Positions 1-12,700 of a stretch of DNA of 64,000 nucleotides are shown in pieces. The notes below the pieces were generated by a model. The model worked only from the letters and a program-made list of their open reading frames with translations, was not told where the DNA came from and did not search any database. The stretch is from Lingula anatina (Eukaryota > Animalia > Brachiopoda). Every line of letters begins with the position of its first letter. Within the stretch, counting starts at the first letter, position 1. The stretch is taken from the NCBI GenBank assembly GCA_051362555.1, contig CM120640.1, forward strand, positions 33,499,967 through 33,563,966, written 5' to 3'. Made by a program: the position numbers and the translations under genes.

Positions 1-1373
1 GTGCTTTTCTAACAGCAAATCAATAACAGTTTGTAAACAGTCATAACTTATCACGTGGCAGCACTTATACAATGGAGGATCAACATGCTTGCTGCATGTT
101 TCTTTTTTTTTTAAATCGTTGCCTGTCCAAGCACTGAAATAGATCACCCTTAGGCCCTTGGTGTATAATATAGGACAGGCTTAGCTGGAAGACAAATGTC
201 CCATATATGTATCACACAAGATACACCTCGTGAATATAAATGGACTCTACTAGCATTTCACTAGGTAAACATCATTGCCTGGGTTCACTTACCTTGATCG
301 CCACACAAATTCCAGGTGATATTACTGTGATATAGAATTATATGAATTAACCATGGTGGTTGTATTATAGATTGAGGCAGTATTTGTTTTGATGTATCAA
401 AACATGCAAAGAGTTTCTACAGATTTTCTGACAAGATACTTCAATATTTCACTGTCTTTAAGATATATAAGAAAGTAACTATCCCATTTTGTGCTAAAAC
501 ATAATTTCCTTTCATACTAACAAGGGCAGTAAGACAGATCCTCCTTTGTCTATATGTATCATTACTTTTTATCTGATCTTAGACACTTCTGAACATGTCA
601 ATTTAGATCTACATAATACAGATATGATATTTCTTCCTATCATAACAAGATTTTCACCTATACCTCACCTGCATATTAAAACGTCCTAGGGTCACTGTAG
701 AAGAAATGTATCCTATTCCAGCCAAATAACTCGTTTTTCCCCAATCTTATAAGAATTCAACAGAAACCAATCCGATCTTCTCATTAGATAAAATAATATT
801 CTTCTCAGCTAAATTAGATTTTCTACAGCATCTAGTGCAAACTTGGCATGCTAGCCAAGGCCTAGACGTATGCACCATGACATTTCAGATGCAATGTTGA
901 AATCGAGCCAATAAACTCCTGCAATAGCAAGTAGACTAAGAACTATGTAATTCCAACTAATCCCTCTTCAAAGGCTTTGATTAGTGAGGTAACCATTTTT
1001 CTTGCCTGGCTGGGTAAAGAATAACAGACGTGTGCTCAAGTTCTTATCAGGGCCTTTCCTTTTGATGGGAGACCAAGCACAAGATGTGGTATTATAATAT
1101 AACGTTTCCACCGATAAACTGTGTACACAACATTTAAAAGGTGATACAATTGTCTCCATCTCCAGCTATAAAAAATGATGAAAACCTAGAGCACACCTCC
1201 TCATTGTCCAATTAATTTAGTACCACAGCAAAATTTTGGGAAGTATCACTTGAATTTGATCAGGAAACACATTTCAGAGCTCATTTTATGATGCTATGTC
1301 AACATTTGGAAATAGATTACAGAGATAGATGTTGCAAATATATTCTGCCTCTACAATAATCAATCCTACTTAC

Positions 1374-4300
1374 TTTGGAGTTTTCTTCTGCTCCTTGTTC
1401 ACCTCTGGTTCAACATTGTCCTGACCATTGTTGTCCTTCAAATCTGTAGTATAACTTCCATTCATATTTACGCTGTTGTCCACCTGCAAGGACTTTGGTG
1501 GCGAGTTTGCCAACTGAGTCTTCGTCTCAAAAGGGTTGACGTTCTCATCAAACCCCATATTGTTTGGAGGTGACTGAGCTACTTTAGTCTTGGTTTTAAA
1601 AGGATCAATGTTGTCATCGAAGTTTTCACTCCTGGGTGGTGACTGCGCCACTTTAGACTTGGTTTGAAAAGGGTCGATATTTTCATCAAAATGTTCCTCT
1701 TTTGGAGGGGAGTTTGCCATTTTGGACTTCGTTTTGAATGGGTCAATGTTTTCATCAAAGTCATCATGTTTGGGTGGTGACATTGCTACCTTTGATTTGG
1801 TTTGGAAAGGGTCAATATCTTCACCAAAGTCTCCTGTTTTAGGTGGGGATTGTGCCATATTGGACTTTGTTTTGAAAGGGTCCACATTTTCATCAAAGTC
1901 ATCATGCTTGGGCGGTGACATTGCAACCTTTGATTTGGTCTGGAAAGGATTGATATTTTCGTCAAAATCTCCACCTTTGGGTGGAGACATTTTCATTTTC
2001 GACTTGGTCTTAAAAGGATCTATATTTTCATCCACCCCTTCATTCCCTGAATTGATAATGGCATCTCCCCCAGTCTTTGGTGGGGACATGGCAAGCCCTT
2101 TCTTGCAAGCAAAAGGGTCAGTGTTTTCATCAAAATCATCGAAATTGTAATTATACGATCCTTTAGGAATAGGTATGGGGGACGTTTCTCCTGTGTCATT
2201 CATCTTCTCTTCTTTTTTTTCCTCAGGTTCCACAGTGTCTTGAAACTCTTCTGGCTCCTGTACTAGAGATGTAGGTTGGGGTTTCTGGACATCCCCTTCA
2301 GACAATACAGCCTCCCCTGTAGCAGTACCCTGTTTAGCAACTGGCTCTAATGATCCTGAGGATGATGCGTTGTTGGGAGTGTCTACAAGGCCCTCCTCTG
2401 CATCAAAGAACTCCTGGGCACTTGTATCTTTAGCTTCCTCCTGCTCCTCCCTTGCCTCCTGGGAGACTTCCTCTTTGGGGTGAGGTGGTGGTTGGTTCCC
2501 AGTAATATGCTCCTCCCTGGAAGAAAATCGAAATAAGTTAAACCAGCTCATACTTTCGAAGTGATGTCAGGCAACAAAACTGTCCTATGGCCCATCTGTA
2601 CAAACACTCAGCAGCTAAACCAAACAGCCACATGAGCCATAGGAAAGGGAAAATATACATACATCAGTGGTTCACTACTATCATAAATCTCAACCTACAT
2701 TTCAACTTAGAAGTTTCCTTCCTGTTCCTCTCTCTTCCTGACAATGACACACAGGTATGTACTTCAGGTGAGGTGCCCATTTCCCACCAAAATACACCTT
2801 TGAGGTCTCTATTTCCTATCAAAACCACCAATACCTAAATACCACATTTCGTAGTAATCATTCAAACCTGTGACCTGCAGCAACAAAAAGGTGTGCACTT
2901 TCGATCATTACCTTTGTCCTCTTGAGCAATTAAGGTTCCCCATAAGAACCTCTTCTGTGAGATAATCAACAGTAATCTGCTAATCCAGGCATGTCAAAAT
3001 AGCCCCTCTGAACATGATCTGGGTAGAGCATATCGTTGCCTGTTGTGTATTCATAATACTACAAGGAACCATCACACTAAAAATCTTCCCACTGTCCATT
3101 TCGATAAGATAACTTCTTTTCCTCAAATAAGATAACATATCATCACACATTTTCAAAACCTCATCAGGCATGCCATGGACAATAGGACAGACATATAAAT
3201 GTATCATCTTTTTTATACCAAGGTCAAATCAGGCCTCAAAAAGATGAAACCCCCTTGGATGTAAAACAAAATGATGGATAGATTTATAATGAATTAAACA
3301 CCTTGAAGTTGCTGCAGTACAGTAAGAGCAACCACAAGCTGTCAAAGGTGTACTATACCATACATCTTAGTCTAACTGGTCTTCATGCTGCTCTTCTCTA
3401 TCTTCCCCATATTCTGCACACCTTAACACTCTAGACATATACACCACAGTGAACCTGGGCACCTCACTACTATAATATATATAAATGCTCTCTAAATAAA
3501 CCCCAAAACTATGTGGAGCCATGACCTTAGGGGGCATCTTTTATCCTGCCACAAATATAGCTTTTTAAGATGTATATACATGTGTCACACCTTGAAAAGT
3601 GTTGATGTACTGGAGAATACCCACCCAATAGAAAAAGCCATTTGCTTCAATGAGCACAGTTCATGCAAAGGTAATATGGGACAAGGGAAGGGAGGTCTAA
3701 ATTCCTTTTCATTTTCATGTAATAATTCATGAAATGTTTCCGGTCTACACTTTATCAGTTTTAAAGCAGTCGGATGTGAAAAAATATAATTATTCTAGAA
3801 TGGCCATCATGGGTAATTCAAATACCTCTTTTCATGTTGCCAAAGTTTTGAAAAACCTGAGCAATATCTTTCACAATTAAATTTATTTTGTATTTAAATG
3901 TCAGTTAGAAACATTTACCTATGTCTGTTAAAATTCTTCCTTCCACATAAAACCTCAACAGGCTGACTGAAGTACTAACAACCCATGCCCAGACTATATA
4001 AACCACAATATTAGCTATAGGTCTGTATAGCTACATAAGCACACCTGGTGGAGATAAGAGGAACTAGAATTGATCTTTTCATGAGTAAAAAATTATACGC
4101 TGTTTGAGGACACTATATAATACTGATCTTCGGTTACTTGGATTACACAATGTTGTAACTCTACAACATGTGATAGAAAATCCAATTGATTTTTCTAGGG
4201 GGAAGGGGGTTAAACTTCAATAAGTTACCCAAATTTGGATGTACTTTTTTTTCTAAAACAATTCAAAACATACATCTTTTATATTATATTTTGGGAATAT

Positions 4301-7300
4301 TGATAAAAAGAAACAACAAGCACCACCCTCCTAAACTCTAATGAATTGGACTAACAGCAGAGGATTATAAATATATATACTTTGCACAATGAATCAACTA
4401 ACCTCACTTGTAGGATAGGCAAATTTGCAATCAGTTCATCAACAAATTCCTTGGCTAGCTTGATGTATTCTTCGTGGTCTGCTTTTGTCACTACTGCGGT
4501 ACGCTCAAGCCAGCACTCATTTTCATCTAAAACACGAATATCCTCATAGCGTGTGGGGGTCACTTGCTTCCCTGGAGTCTGAGGTGGCGTCTCAACAGGC
4601 AACTTGGCCACCGATGGAGTCTCAAAGTGAACCTAGAAAGAGGAAAAAAATTATGTTTAAACTATATATAACAAAACTGTTTTACTACCTATTCTGATTT
4701 CTTTCAGCTATCTAGCCATTCGCCATCTTCCTTTTGAGTACACTCGTCTCAGACACCTTTCTAACTCCATTTTGAATTTGTATTACGGTCCCATCCAAGA
4801 ACTGCTGTCAGTCACTCCAGTATTCTACTTTCATCAGTCAGTTCCTCTTTCTAGCAATAAGCATGCAGACTCACGTTGTGTAAGAGTATGAATAACTATT
4901 ACCGATTAATGAGGCATAAAAAGGAAATCTAACTGCAACCTCAACCGGTTGAGTCATACCACCAGCACTCCACTTCACTTCACTTCAATGTCATGCATAT
5001 GCAAAAATCGCACTCACGGGTTTCTCAGCTTCAAACTTCTCCAGTTTAACTTTCATGGACTTCTCTGATTTAACTTTTTCACTTTTTCCAACCGTTTCTT
5101 TGCTGTTCTCAGCACCCATGATGCCAATTTAACTAGTCGTGATTTCAAGAAACATTTTTATCTAGATCAAGCTTTGAAATCCAAGCTGAATAATCTTCTT
5201 CCTCCCTCTGCGCAGTATACTCTGAGGAACTTTATATTGCTAAATACCAGAACAAGCAGAAGGGCAACAGCAGAGTTATGTTTGGATATCATGCAGAGTT
5301 TTTAGCAAAACTTGGCATGGTTATCTAGGAGGATTTTCCATGTAATGTGGTTTTTCTTTCTCCCTATTATTAGCATCCAGGTATTTTGTTGTTGTACTTC
5401 CATCTTGCACTTCTGACTTTTGCACAGGTGTACTCAATTACTCATGTCTCAGGTAGACAAAAAGTGCACTCTCTTTATCATGCAGATAAAGGTGAGGGGC
5501 TGCGACTTAATTCATACAAAATTTGGTTCTTCTTATATATTTACTTTATTTGTACAAAATTTGGTTCTTCTTGTGTATTTACTTTCTTTCATTTTTTCCT
5601 TGTGGTTTAAACACTAATTTGATTTTGTCAACTTAAGAAATTTAAGTTTCACTTTATTTCTTTGATCTTTAGAGAGATTGCCAACAGGCTAAATCACGTT
5701 TGTGCCAATGTTGAAGCTAGTAAATTACTACATGCTTTTCTTTTTTTTTCGGCTAAATATATTTAAGTAAATATCTTTGGGCCATAAATGCCTTAGTAAA
5801 TATGCAAAGAAACTTAATTCTGTAATTATTTTTTCCCATAAATATTTTAGTTATAAATGAAATTTTCAGTACAACTACCATGTCAGCATCACCCTTAGCT
5901 ATACACCATTAAATAGAAGGGATGAACTCTGCCACTTCAACACAGATACTTGAATGTATAAAGATGAATCATGACTTATACAGGGGCGTAACCAGACCTT
6001 TAAAAATTGTACGCACAGATTTTTTAAATTCCCAGCAAAATGTAGACTAACGCAAGAGATGAAGGACAGCGTAATTACAGCATATGTACCACACATCGCA
6101 GCTTAATTTCCATTAATAATAAAATCATCATTTAGTCAGAAATATTCTCGCAATTAAAAAAGTTTCAATATTCTTATTACCCAGAACGGTGTATTTATTT
6201 AAAAGGAGGCTAGCTTTGCATATGTGGAACCCCCTTCGAATAATCCTGGATCCACCTGTGAGTGGAACTAACATATGGTTTCATTCACCTTACATGTGGA
6301 TGCATGGCTCCCAAAGACAACCCATTGTACGACACGACAGAGCTCTGATACATCTAAGTTTAATTATTTGTTTGTAAAAATTGCCCATGTCACCCTGTTA
6401 GTTTGGAGGGGTAAGCTGGGTCCAGTCCGTGTCAAAATTCTTTGAAGCTTTGCAGGAAAAATTCTTCCTTTGTTTCTCTAGCTCCTTCTTAAACCTTGTG
6501 TCCAGATTTTATCTAGTGCCCCCAGGGTTGCGGGAGCTGCTCTTTGAAAATAACACTCAGGCAGATTTTTACCTGAGATAAATATCGCCAGACATTCTCA
6601 AGAAAGAGGGTACAGCTGAGTTGAGGGCCACTGAACCCTCCAATTAAGAGGTAAAGGAAGTTTCAGTTAGATGGACGATTAAGATAGGACTTGTTAAGGT
6701 TACAGGCATTGTTTACCTCAGTTTGCAAGAAGGGGGGGAGGTCAGAAGAATTGTGCCTATACAATTGATACAGAGGATTTGTACATACAGGTGACTTTAA
6801 TAAGCAGAGGATTTTCTTTTATATTCCGTGAAAAATACACTAAATTTATATATAATAATATCATGGTTGGCCAAAAAATTGTACGCACAGTGCATCCGTG
6901 CGTATGCCTAGTTACGCCCATGTTATAAATATAGACTGTCTATGTTTTAAAGCAAAACGCCTGATGTGTAGAAAATGAATCAACTTTGATATAGCCATTC
7001 TAGCATAATGCACAGAGTCAGTCTAGTCTGAGACAAAATATCACTTTCATCACAGACACTTTAAAACAGCAACAAAGCTTCTTTTGGTTTGTCATCTTTC
7101 AGTTCTTATTCTGGCACATCATTAATTTAGCATTCACTATTTTATCACATGAATGAAAAGGCCAGGTTTAGGATTGAATTTGTTTCCTTCACCACAAACA
7201 AGTGTTTTGAACACTTTCACCATGCTAAAAATAGCTTTTTTTAATTTCAAAATTGACCAATACTAGCAATTTCAGGATTTATTTGACTCTAGTACTGACA

Positions 7301-7619
7301 GACTTTGATTACTATCGAGTCCAAATTATATTTTACTTCAGTAATATATTACTGTCCTTTGGATCTAGTACAATTCAGATTTAATTAGCTACATGCCAGT
7401 GGTCATCTTTAACATTATATTCCAAATAACTTATTACAAATACATTACCTTTAAATGTTTGTGCTGTGGTGTCTTCAGGTCAATCAGATTATCAAAGTTT
7501 GAAGGTTTGAGAATTGATCTGCAAAGAGCTGGACTTTTATGAGAGTTGGCTGTCTTGCTACAATCCAATGGACCAATATTCTCGTCATGTAGAGAGTCAA
7601 CAAAGGCATCCAAACTCAT
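1374..7619 (-). CDS. TACC: Transforming acidic coiled-coil (TACC) protein, 5' part; TACC3-like isoform. Coding exons 7619-7449, 4632-4403, 2516-1374; gene continues beyond window start
   Basis: Spliced frame MSLDAFVDSLHDENIGPL...RSILKPS...HLK|VHFETP resembles the vertebrate TACC3 N-terminus (MSL..., RSSVLR..., KVTFQTP, from memory). The large exon has PKGSYNYNFDDFDENTDPF and repeated DPFKTKSK..SPPK units typical of TACC SDP repeats. GT/AG sites give consistent phases (0, 2). The C-terminal TACC coiled coil is not in the window. Confidence 0.87.
1494..2135 (-). repeat. Coding tandem repeat, 9 units (mostly 69 bp / 23 aa): FDENI[D/N]PF[K/Q]TKSK.A.SPP[K/R]
   Basis: Read directly from ORF 1370..2551: 7 DPF and 2 NPF motifs, 9 SPP, 8 of them followed by K/R. 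Confidence 0.95.
2912..2943 (-). CDS. TACC: Candidate alternative start exon of TACC: MGNLNCSRGQ(R)
   Basis: ATG GGG AAC CTT AAT TGC TCA AGA GGA CAA AG|GTAATG. The phase-2 donor matches the phase-2 acceptor at 2516. A possible upstream acceptor (CACAG) lies at 2955. Confidence 0.55.
5018..5119 (-). CDS. TACC: Alternative first coding exon of TACC: MGAENSKETVGKSEKVKSEKSMKVKLEKFEAEKP
   Basis: ATG in ATCATGG context, 34 open codons, CCC|GTGAGT donor in phase 0, in frame with the 4632 acceptor (VHFETP). MGxxxSK myristoylation-type start. Confidence 0.7.
5981..6922. mobile_element. Non-autonomous TIR element (hAT-like CAG...CTG/CATG ends), ~940 bp
   Basis: CAGGGGCGTAACCAG at 5981 and CTAGTTACGCCCATG at 6908-6922 are imperfect inverted termini. 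The subterminal motif AAAAATTGTACGCACAG occurs near both ends. No clean TSD. Confidence 0.55.
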
Positions 7620-7889
7620 TCTGAACCTAAAATTAAAAACATTTTACTGGTTTTATGAACTTTGTAACGAAATCAAAGACAAGCACCCACTAAGTAAATA
7701 CAGGCGGGAATATATATTAGTTATAAGTTATCAACATACAGGATAGCAGACATTTTATCATACATGTGATAGTAATGTAGTCAAATAACAAATTTGGATG
7801 GTCAATAAACTCAGTTGCAGGGCTAGCTGGCACTGAAAACAGATATTATCATATGATATGATAGGGTATTAAATAACTGATAAAATAAA

Positions 7890-7892
<3 letters not shown>

Positions 7893-7921
<29 letters not shown>
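7893..7921. repeat. (TG)n microsatellite
   Basis: Direct reading. Confidence 0.95.
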
Positions 7922-7923
<2 letters not shown>

Positions 7924-8793
7924 GGGGGGAGGATATCAAGGGCACATTCAAGTTCTACCAAAATATCTATTGTACTAATAGTTGTATATATAATTTTATA
8001 CCCTTAAGAATTAGCATAAAGGTTCATGTTAAAGCACCCCTATTTGCATTCATTTTTTATATATACTTTCTGTACCAACACAATAAGATCAAATTACAAC
8101 ACAAAATTTTCATCTGCCAGGACATATGTATCTCTGATGTATTTCTGGCATTCAGAAGTCTGTTGATGACAGTCTTCAATGAGTGATTTTTACAGCAGCA
8201 TAGGATTGTGACTTTATTCAGAGTTGTCCACTGCAAGACTGGATGAATTTTTGAGCAACATGCAGCATGAGGAGGTGATGGGTAAGCAAAGTAATTAAGA
8301 GCCCTCATAATCTGGCCGAGTCAGCCGACAACATTTGACAGTTATGTGCATAGATCGTGCATGAATTGGCACATTTGGCACTCGTAAGAAAAAACTACTA
8401 GAAAATATTGATGTACAGACTTATGTGGCACTAGTTTCACTGTTGTCAACCTTTTGAAGTAAAGCACCAATTTATGTAAATGTTTACATATGACATCTGA
8501 CGACAATCGTGTTTATACTTAAACTGTGTTCAATAATACATAAAAAATTACTTGTAAAGACATTCACGTGGTAACTGAAACAAGTTTAGTGAATCTACTT
8601 GAACAGGAGAGAGATAAACATCAAAGATGAGTACACATCACGGAATGCACATGGGGCGACCCACTGAAGTCACTTCCTCTTTCGTACGTCTGCATTTAAA
8701 TTACTTGATATGCCACATGACAAGTTCTTTTTTCTGAATGAAATATTGTTCACAAAATCTTTACATCACATATACACGTTCTCTAAGCCTTAC

Positions 8794-9776
8794 CGGTGAT
8801 ATGCAAGTGTTATCCAGGGAATATGAAGTCAACAGGTCATGGAATATGTCTCCTTCAGGAAACTTTTGAATTTCAAATCGCTCCATGACCGTTGTTGGTT
8901 GTGCCCATGCGCAAATATTGTACTTTCGAGTTGTGATCTCGTTTTCGATGGACTTTTAAATTATGCAAATAAAGAATAGTCTAATCTCCACATCAAGCCT
9001 CGTTTTCAATTAAGTGAACCGAAGTAGTGTTACGCTCTTATGCCTTGCTTTTAATTTGCAGTAAAAACACAAAACTCCCCTTTTCGTGTAATGACTCCAT
9101 TTGGTTGGTGCTTTTAGAAACTTCTGAAACTAATAAATTGTTTCATAGAAAAAATGTACTACTAAAAAAAACACCGTCTTAAACGCATGAGTTCTTTTGG
9201 TGTTACAGTTTTACACGTATCTATCAATATGTTTGTTTTCTGAAATATCATTGGTTCAAAATTGCCACTTGAATTTTCTTTATTTTCATCAGCTTTGAGT
9301 GAAGAGATATTATGTTTTATATTTTCTAGTTCCTTTGAATTGCAAAAAACGCATCTTTGTCAGCACACATAAATAGTTTAATCTTATCTACGAGCGTTAT
9401 TCGAAAGAATATATAGATGCGTTGAAACGGAACTCTCTAGTAGGCCAATCACCACGTTTGATATATAAGTTGCTTGGGCTACTATACATGCGCAGCTTCG
9501 GGGCGCGAAAGTTGCACGTAATTTTACACAGTTGTGTGTTGACAGTGTTTGATTTTTGCAATTTTGTGCCTCCCGAGTTGTTTTCTGCTTTAACTATGAA
9601 TGCTGATTGATGTGATAAGAGGTAATAATGACAAAATGCAGTGATTCCCCAAAGAGTGGGATATCGCGAAAGTCAGCACACCAAATGATCGAGTCAAGAA
9701 AATGAAAGTGTTTTGTCCAAAGCGGTAATCCTTGTGTGACACTGCAAGTGTAAGATACTAAGGATAGAAACTAGTG
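8794..9776. promoter_or_regulatory. Putative bidirectional promoter / 5' region shared by TACC (-) and NSMCE4A (+)
   Basis: Locally CpG-rich. E2F consensus GGCGCGAAA at 9502-9510, CCAAT at 9445-9449, NRF1-like TGCCCATGCGCA at 8902-8913 and CATGCGCA at 9487-9494. A minus-strand donor CCG|GTAAGG at 8794/8793 suggests a TACC leader exon. Confidence 0.6.
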
Positions 9777-12700
9777 ATGGAATCTGATTCAGACGAAGAG
9801 CTTTCTGTTCCGACTGAGCCAGAACAAACTGAAGATGAAAGACGTCAACTACGACATCAGTACATGGTTATTCAAGATGAATTAAAAGGTGAGGATGCCT
9901 CTCCATCTGCAATACTTCCTTAATGTTAAACATACGATTGTATGGTTTGTATCTTCTTAATTATTGATATAAGGCATGCATTTTTCATTTGAATTTTTCA
10001 ATTGAATACCTATTGTTCACGACTTGTGTTAGTCCCTAGAACTTGGTTTGAAGTGACTGACTTAAAGAGAATATATGTCATTTTTTGTCTTTTAGCAAGA
10101 CAGCATGATCTTATCAACCCAGAATCCGAAGAACTCACAGATAAGTTGAAGGAATGCAATTCTTTATTTCAAAGAGGTATTTTATCCACTGTTCTATTTT
10201 CTGATTGATATATACTGTATTAATTTATGTGTGCCAGAATCTTGTGATTGGTATTTGCTTTTGACATTTTAGCTTTCTGAAAGATATTCTCTACATGTGT
10301 TAGAATGTCCAATAATCATATTTGTATGTTCAAATGAACTGAAAAGCTACTTTCTCAATTCAAGATAATAAATCCCTCTATTAGAACAACCAGATATCAC
10401 TATTTTCTTCTGAAATATTAGAAAGAATGTTGGTTGTATGAACGTTCCTTTGTAGTAATTTATTTAATTAGTAATGATACAGAATGTCAAATTCAACTGC
10501 AGTGATGGGTTGGATAATAATTTGTGCAATGATTCTTGATTAGAAGAAAATTACTTTGTTTTTCTTAAGATAAGTTGAATTTGGCAGAACCCCCCCCCCC
10601 CCCCCCCCCTTAAAATGATGCTTTTAAGTTTATATAATAGCAATAGATATAGTAACTATGACAGTAGCTGGTAATCAGCTTTATGGTGTGTATTGAAATG
10701 TATTTTGATTGGTCACTTGTCTCAAAGCACCAGAATAATGAAAAATATTTATGCAATTAGATTTTCAAGATTTTGTTTAATTTACTAGTAAAATTGACCA
10801 GGGAAGCAACCAAGGACTCTCAAGCTCTGCTGACAATTGCTCAACTGGGAAGGCAGAAAGCACAAGCATTACAGACAGACATCAACACGTTTAATGCGTT
10901 GGAATTTTCTGAACGTCTGGTGAGTCATATTACGGTAAGTCTCCAATCTATACGAACGATTTAAATTAATTATTTTTGGAAGATAATCATTTTGTTCGTA
11001 AGGCTTGAAATTCAGTCTGCTAAAAATTGCCACGCGTTCGTATCCATTGAAATACGAATGGAATACGGCTGTACCGGAAGTTATTTCCACTTAACTAACA
11101 TTGCTAAGTGTAAGCATTACTTTCAGATTAAATCACTGTGATCAGCTTTTAGCACAAACAAATTATTTTTGCGATATTGCAGTGAATTAAAACAAACTAA
11201 ACAAAAAATTCAGATTCAGAGAAAAAACGTTTCGTTCGTAATTATTGCGGCGTTCGTATAGATTGGAGAATTACCGTATGCAGTCAGAAGCCCAATTTCA
11301 CTCAAAATGTTACTGAGCTAAAGTATTTTACCTGCTGAGGTGGACATATTTTAATAATAAACAAATTGAAATGTTTTGGGCACAAATTATCTTCCATTAT
11401 AGGAGAACTAAAGCTATTCAGAACCACCAAAAAATGCTGGACAGTTGGTCCAGGTGAAATTTTTCGGTTGTTCAAAAAAGCACATGCAGTAGCAAAAAGT
11501 AATCTTCCCTATTAGATTATACATATAATTCACTTGAGATGGAAATAAATAAGCTTGCTCAGGTAGGCCCAGCTTAACTTGGTTGTGAACAGAGCCTGTG
11601 TTACTTAATCTAAAATATACAGACAGAGTGTGGTTTGTAAATTATTTTGGCTTTTTTTTTTTTCAGGTAAATTACATAAGTTTTGGAAGGATACCTGCAA
11701 CTTCCACAGACAACAATGCCAGGATTCCAAGGATAAGTTGGGAGAAGTTTGGAGAAGCAGTGCAGCCTTTCTTTAGTAGAACCCCACCTTTGAGATGCAT
11801 GTAAGTTATAGTAGAATAATTTGGGTAAAACACAGGATTACTGTTCTAACATCATCATTTTTATTTCTAATCATATAGAAATTACATAAGATCTTCAGTT
11901 TGTAAGAAATAATGGTAGAAAAACTTAAATGAATGTGTTACAGACTGTGCTTACCTTATTTCCTTTTACAGGTTGGGTACCTTTGAGAGAGGGCCGCCTG
12001 AGAGAAGAGTTTCCAATAGAAATACAGACAAAGGTGATAGAGATGCCATTACTGATAGAACAGTGCCAAAGCAAGTAGGTATTTTTACTGTTAATTGATG
12101 GTATTCACATTTTCTAAATGATAATCATAGTTGTAAAGATAAATTCCCTGTCAAATAGTTTGGTTTATTATAAAACTTAACATTTTTAATTGCAGTTTTT
12201 TTATTCATTCAGTTAAAATCTGTAGATGAAGAAGAACAGAGAGAGCAAACGACAGAAGAAGTGGAGAGAATCCATAGACTTTTGATGAACTACTGGAGAA
12301 ACAATAAGAGTAAGTTCAAATGACATTTGTGCATTTTATTAAGAAACTATTTTGAATTTAAAGAAATTGTTAAAAGCATGTCCTTGAAGAAATGTGGTCA
12401 GTGTGCACACTTGATCTTAATTTGAGTATAGAATTAAGTACTAAGTATACAATTAATAATGGTTAATTATTGTCTGTTTATATTTATTTTAAGACTAAAA
12501 AGGCAGGGTAAATAATTGTTAGCATGTTTGGATCGAAAATTGGCTGCAAATTTAAATGGACATTGTCCTGTTGAAAAAATTCCCTGTCTTTATTTGTTTA
12601 TTAGTACCACCAGCGTGTACACTGGTGGTACTCATGGTTTTAGCCCCGACCCGTCAGATATGGCTCCTTTGGCTCTGCCGGCTCCACTTTCCTGCGCCAG

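Noticed and set aside
968-1159. 63-aa ORF as a further TACC exon
   Set aside because: No TACC-like content and no convincing donor/acceptor pair.
1579-2150. Overlapping ORFs 1722..2150(+), 1579..1767(-), 1786..1974(-)
   Set aside because: Antisense or shifted-frame shadows of the TACC coding repeat.
2517-2551. MSWFNLFRFSS as the true N-terminus of the 393-aa ORF
   Set aside because: These codons overlie a branch-point-like TTAAC, a pyrimidine tract and the CAG acceptor used in frame by upstream exons; probably intronic, though an extra alternative start cannot be excluded.
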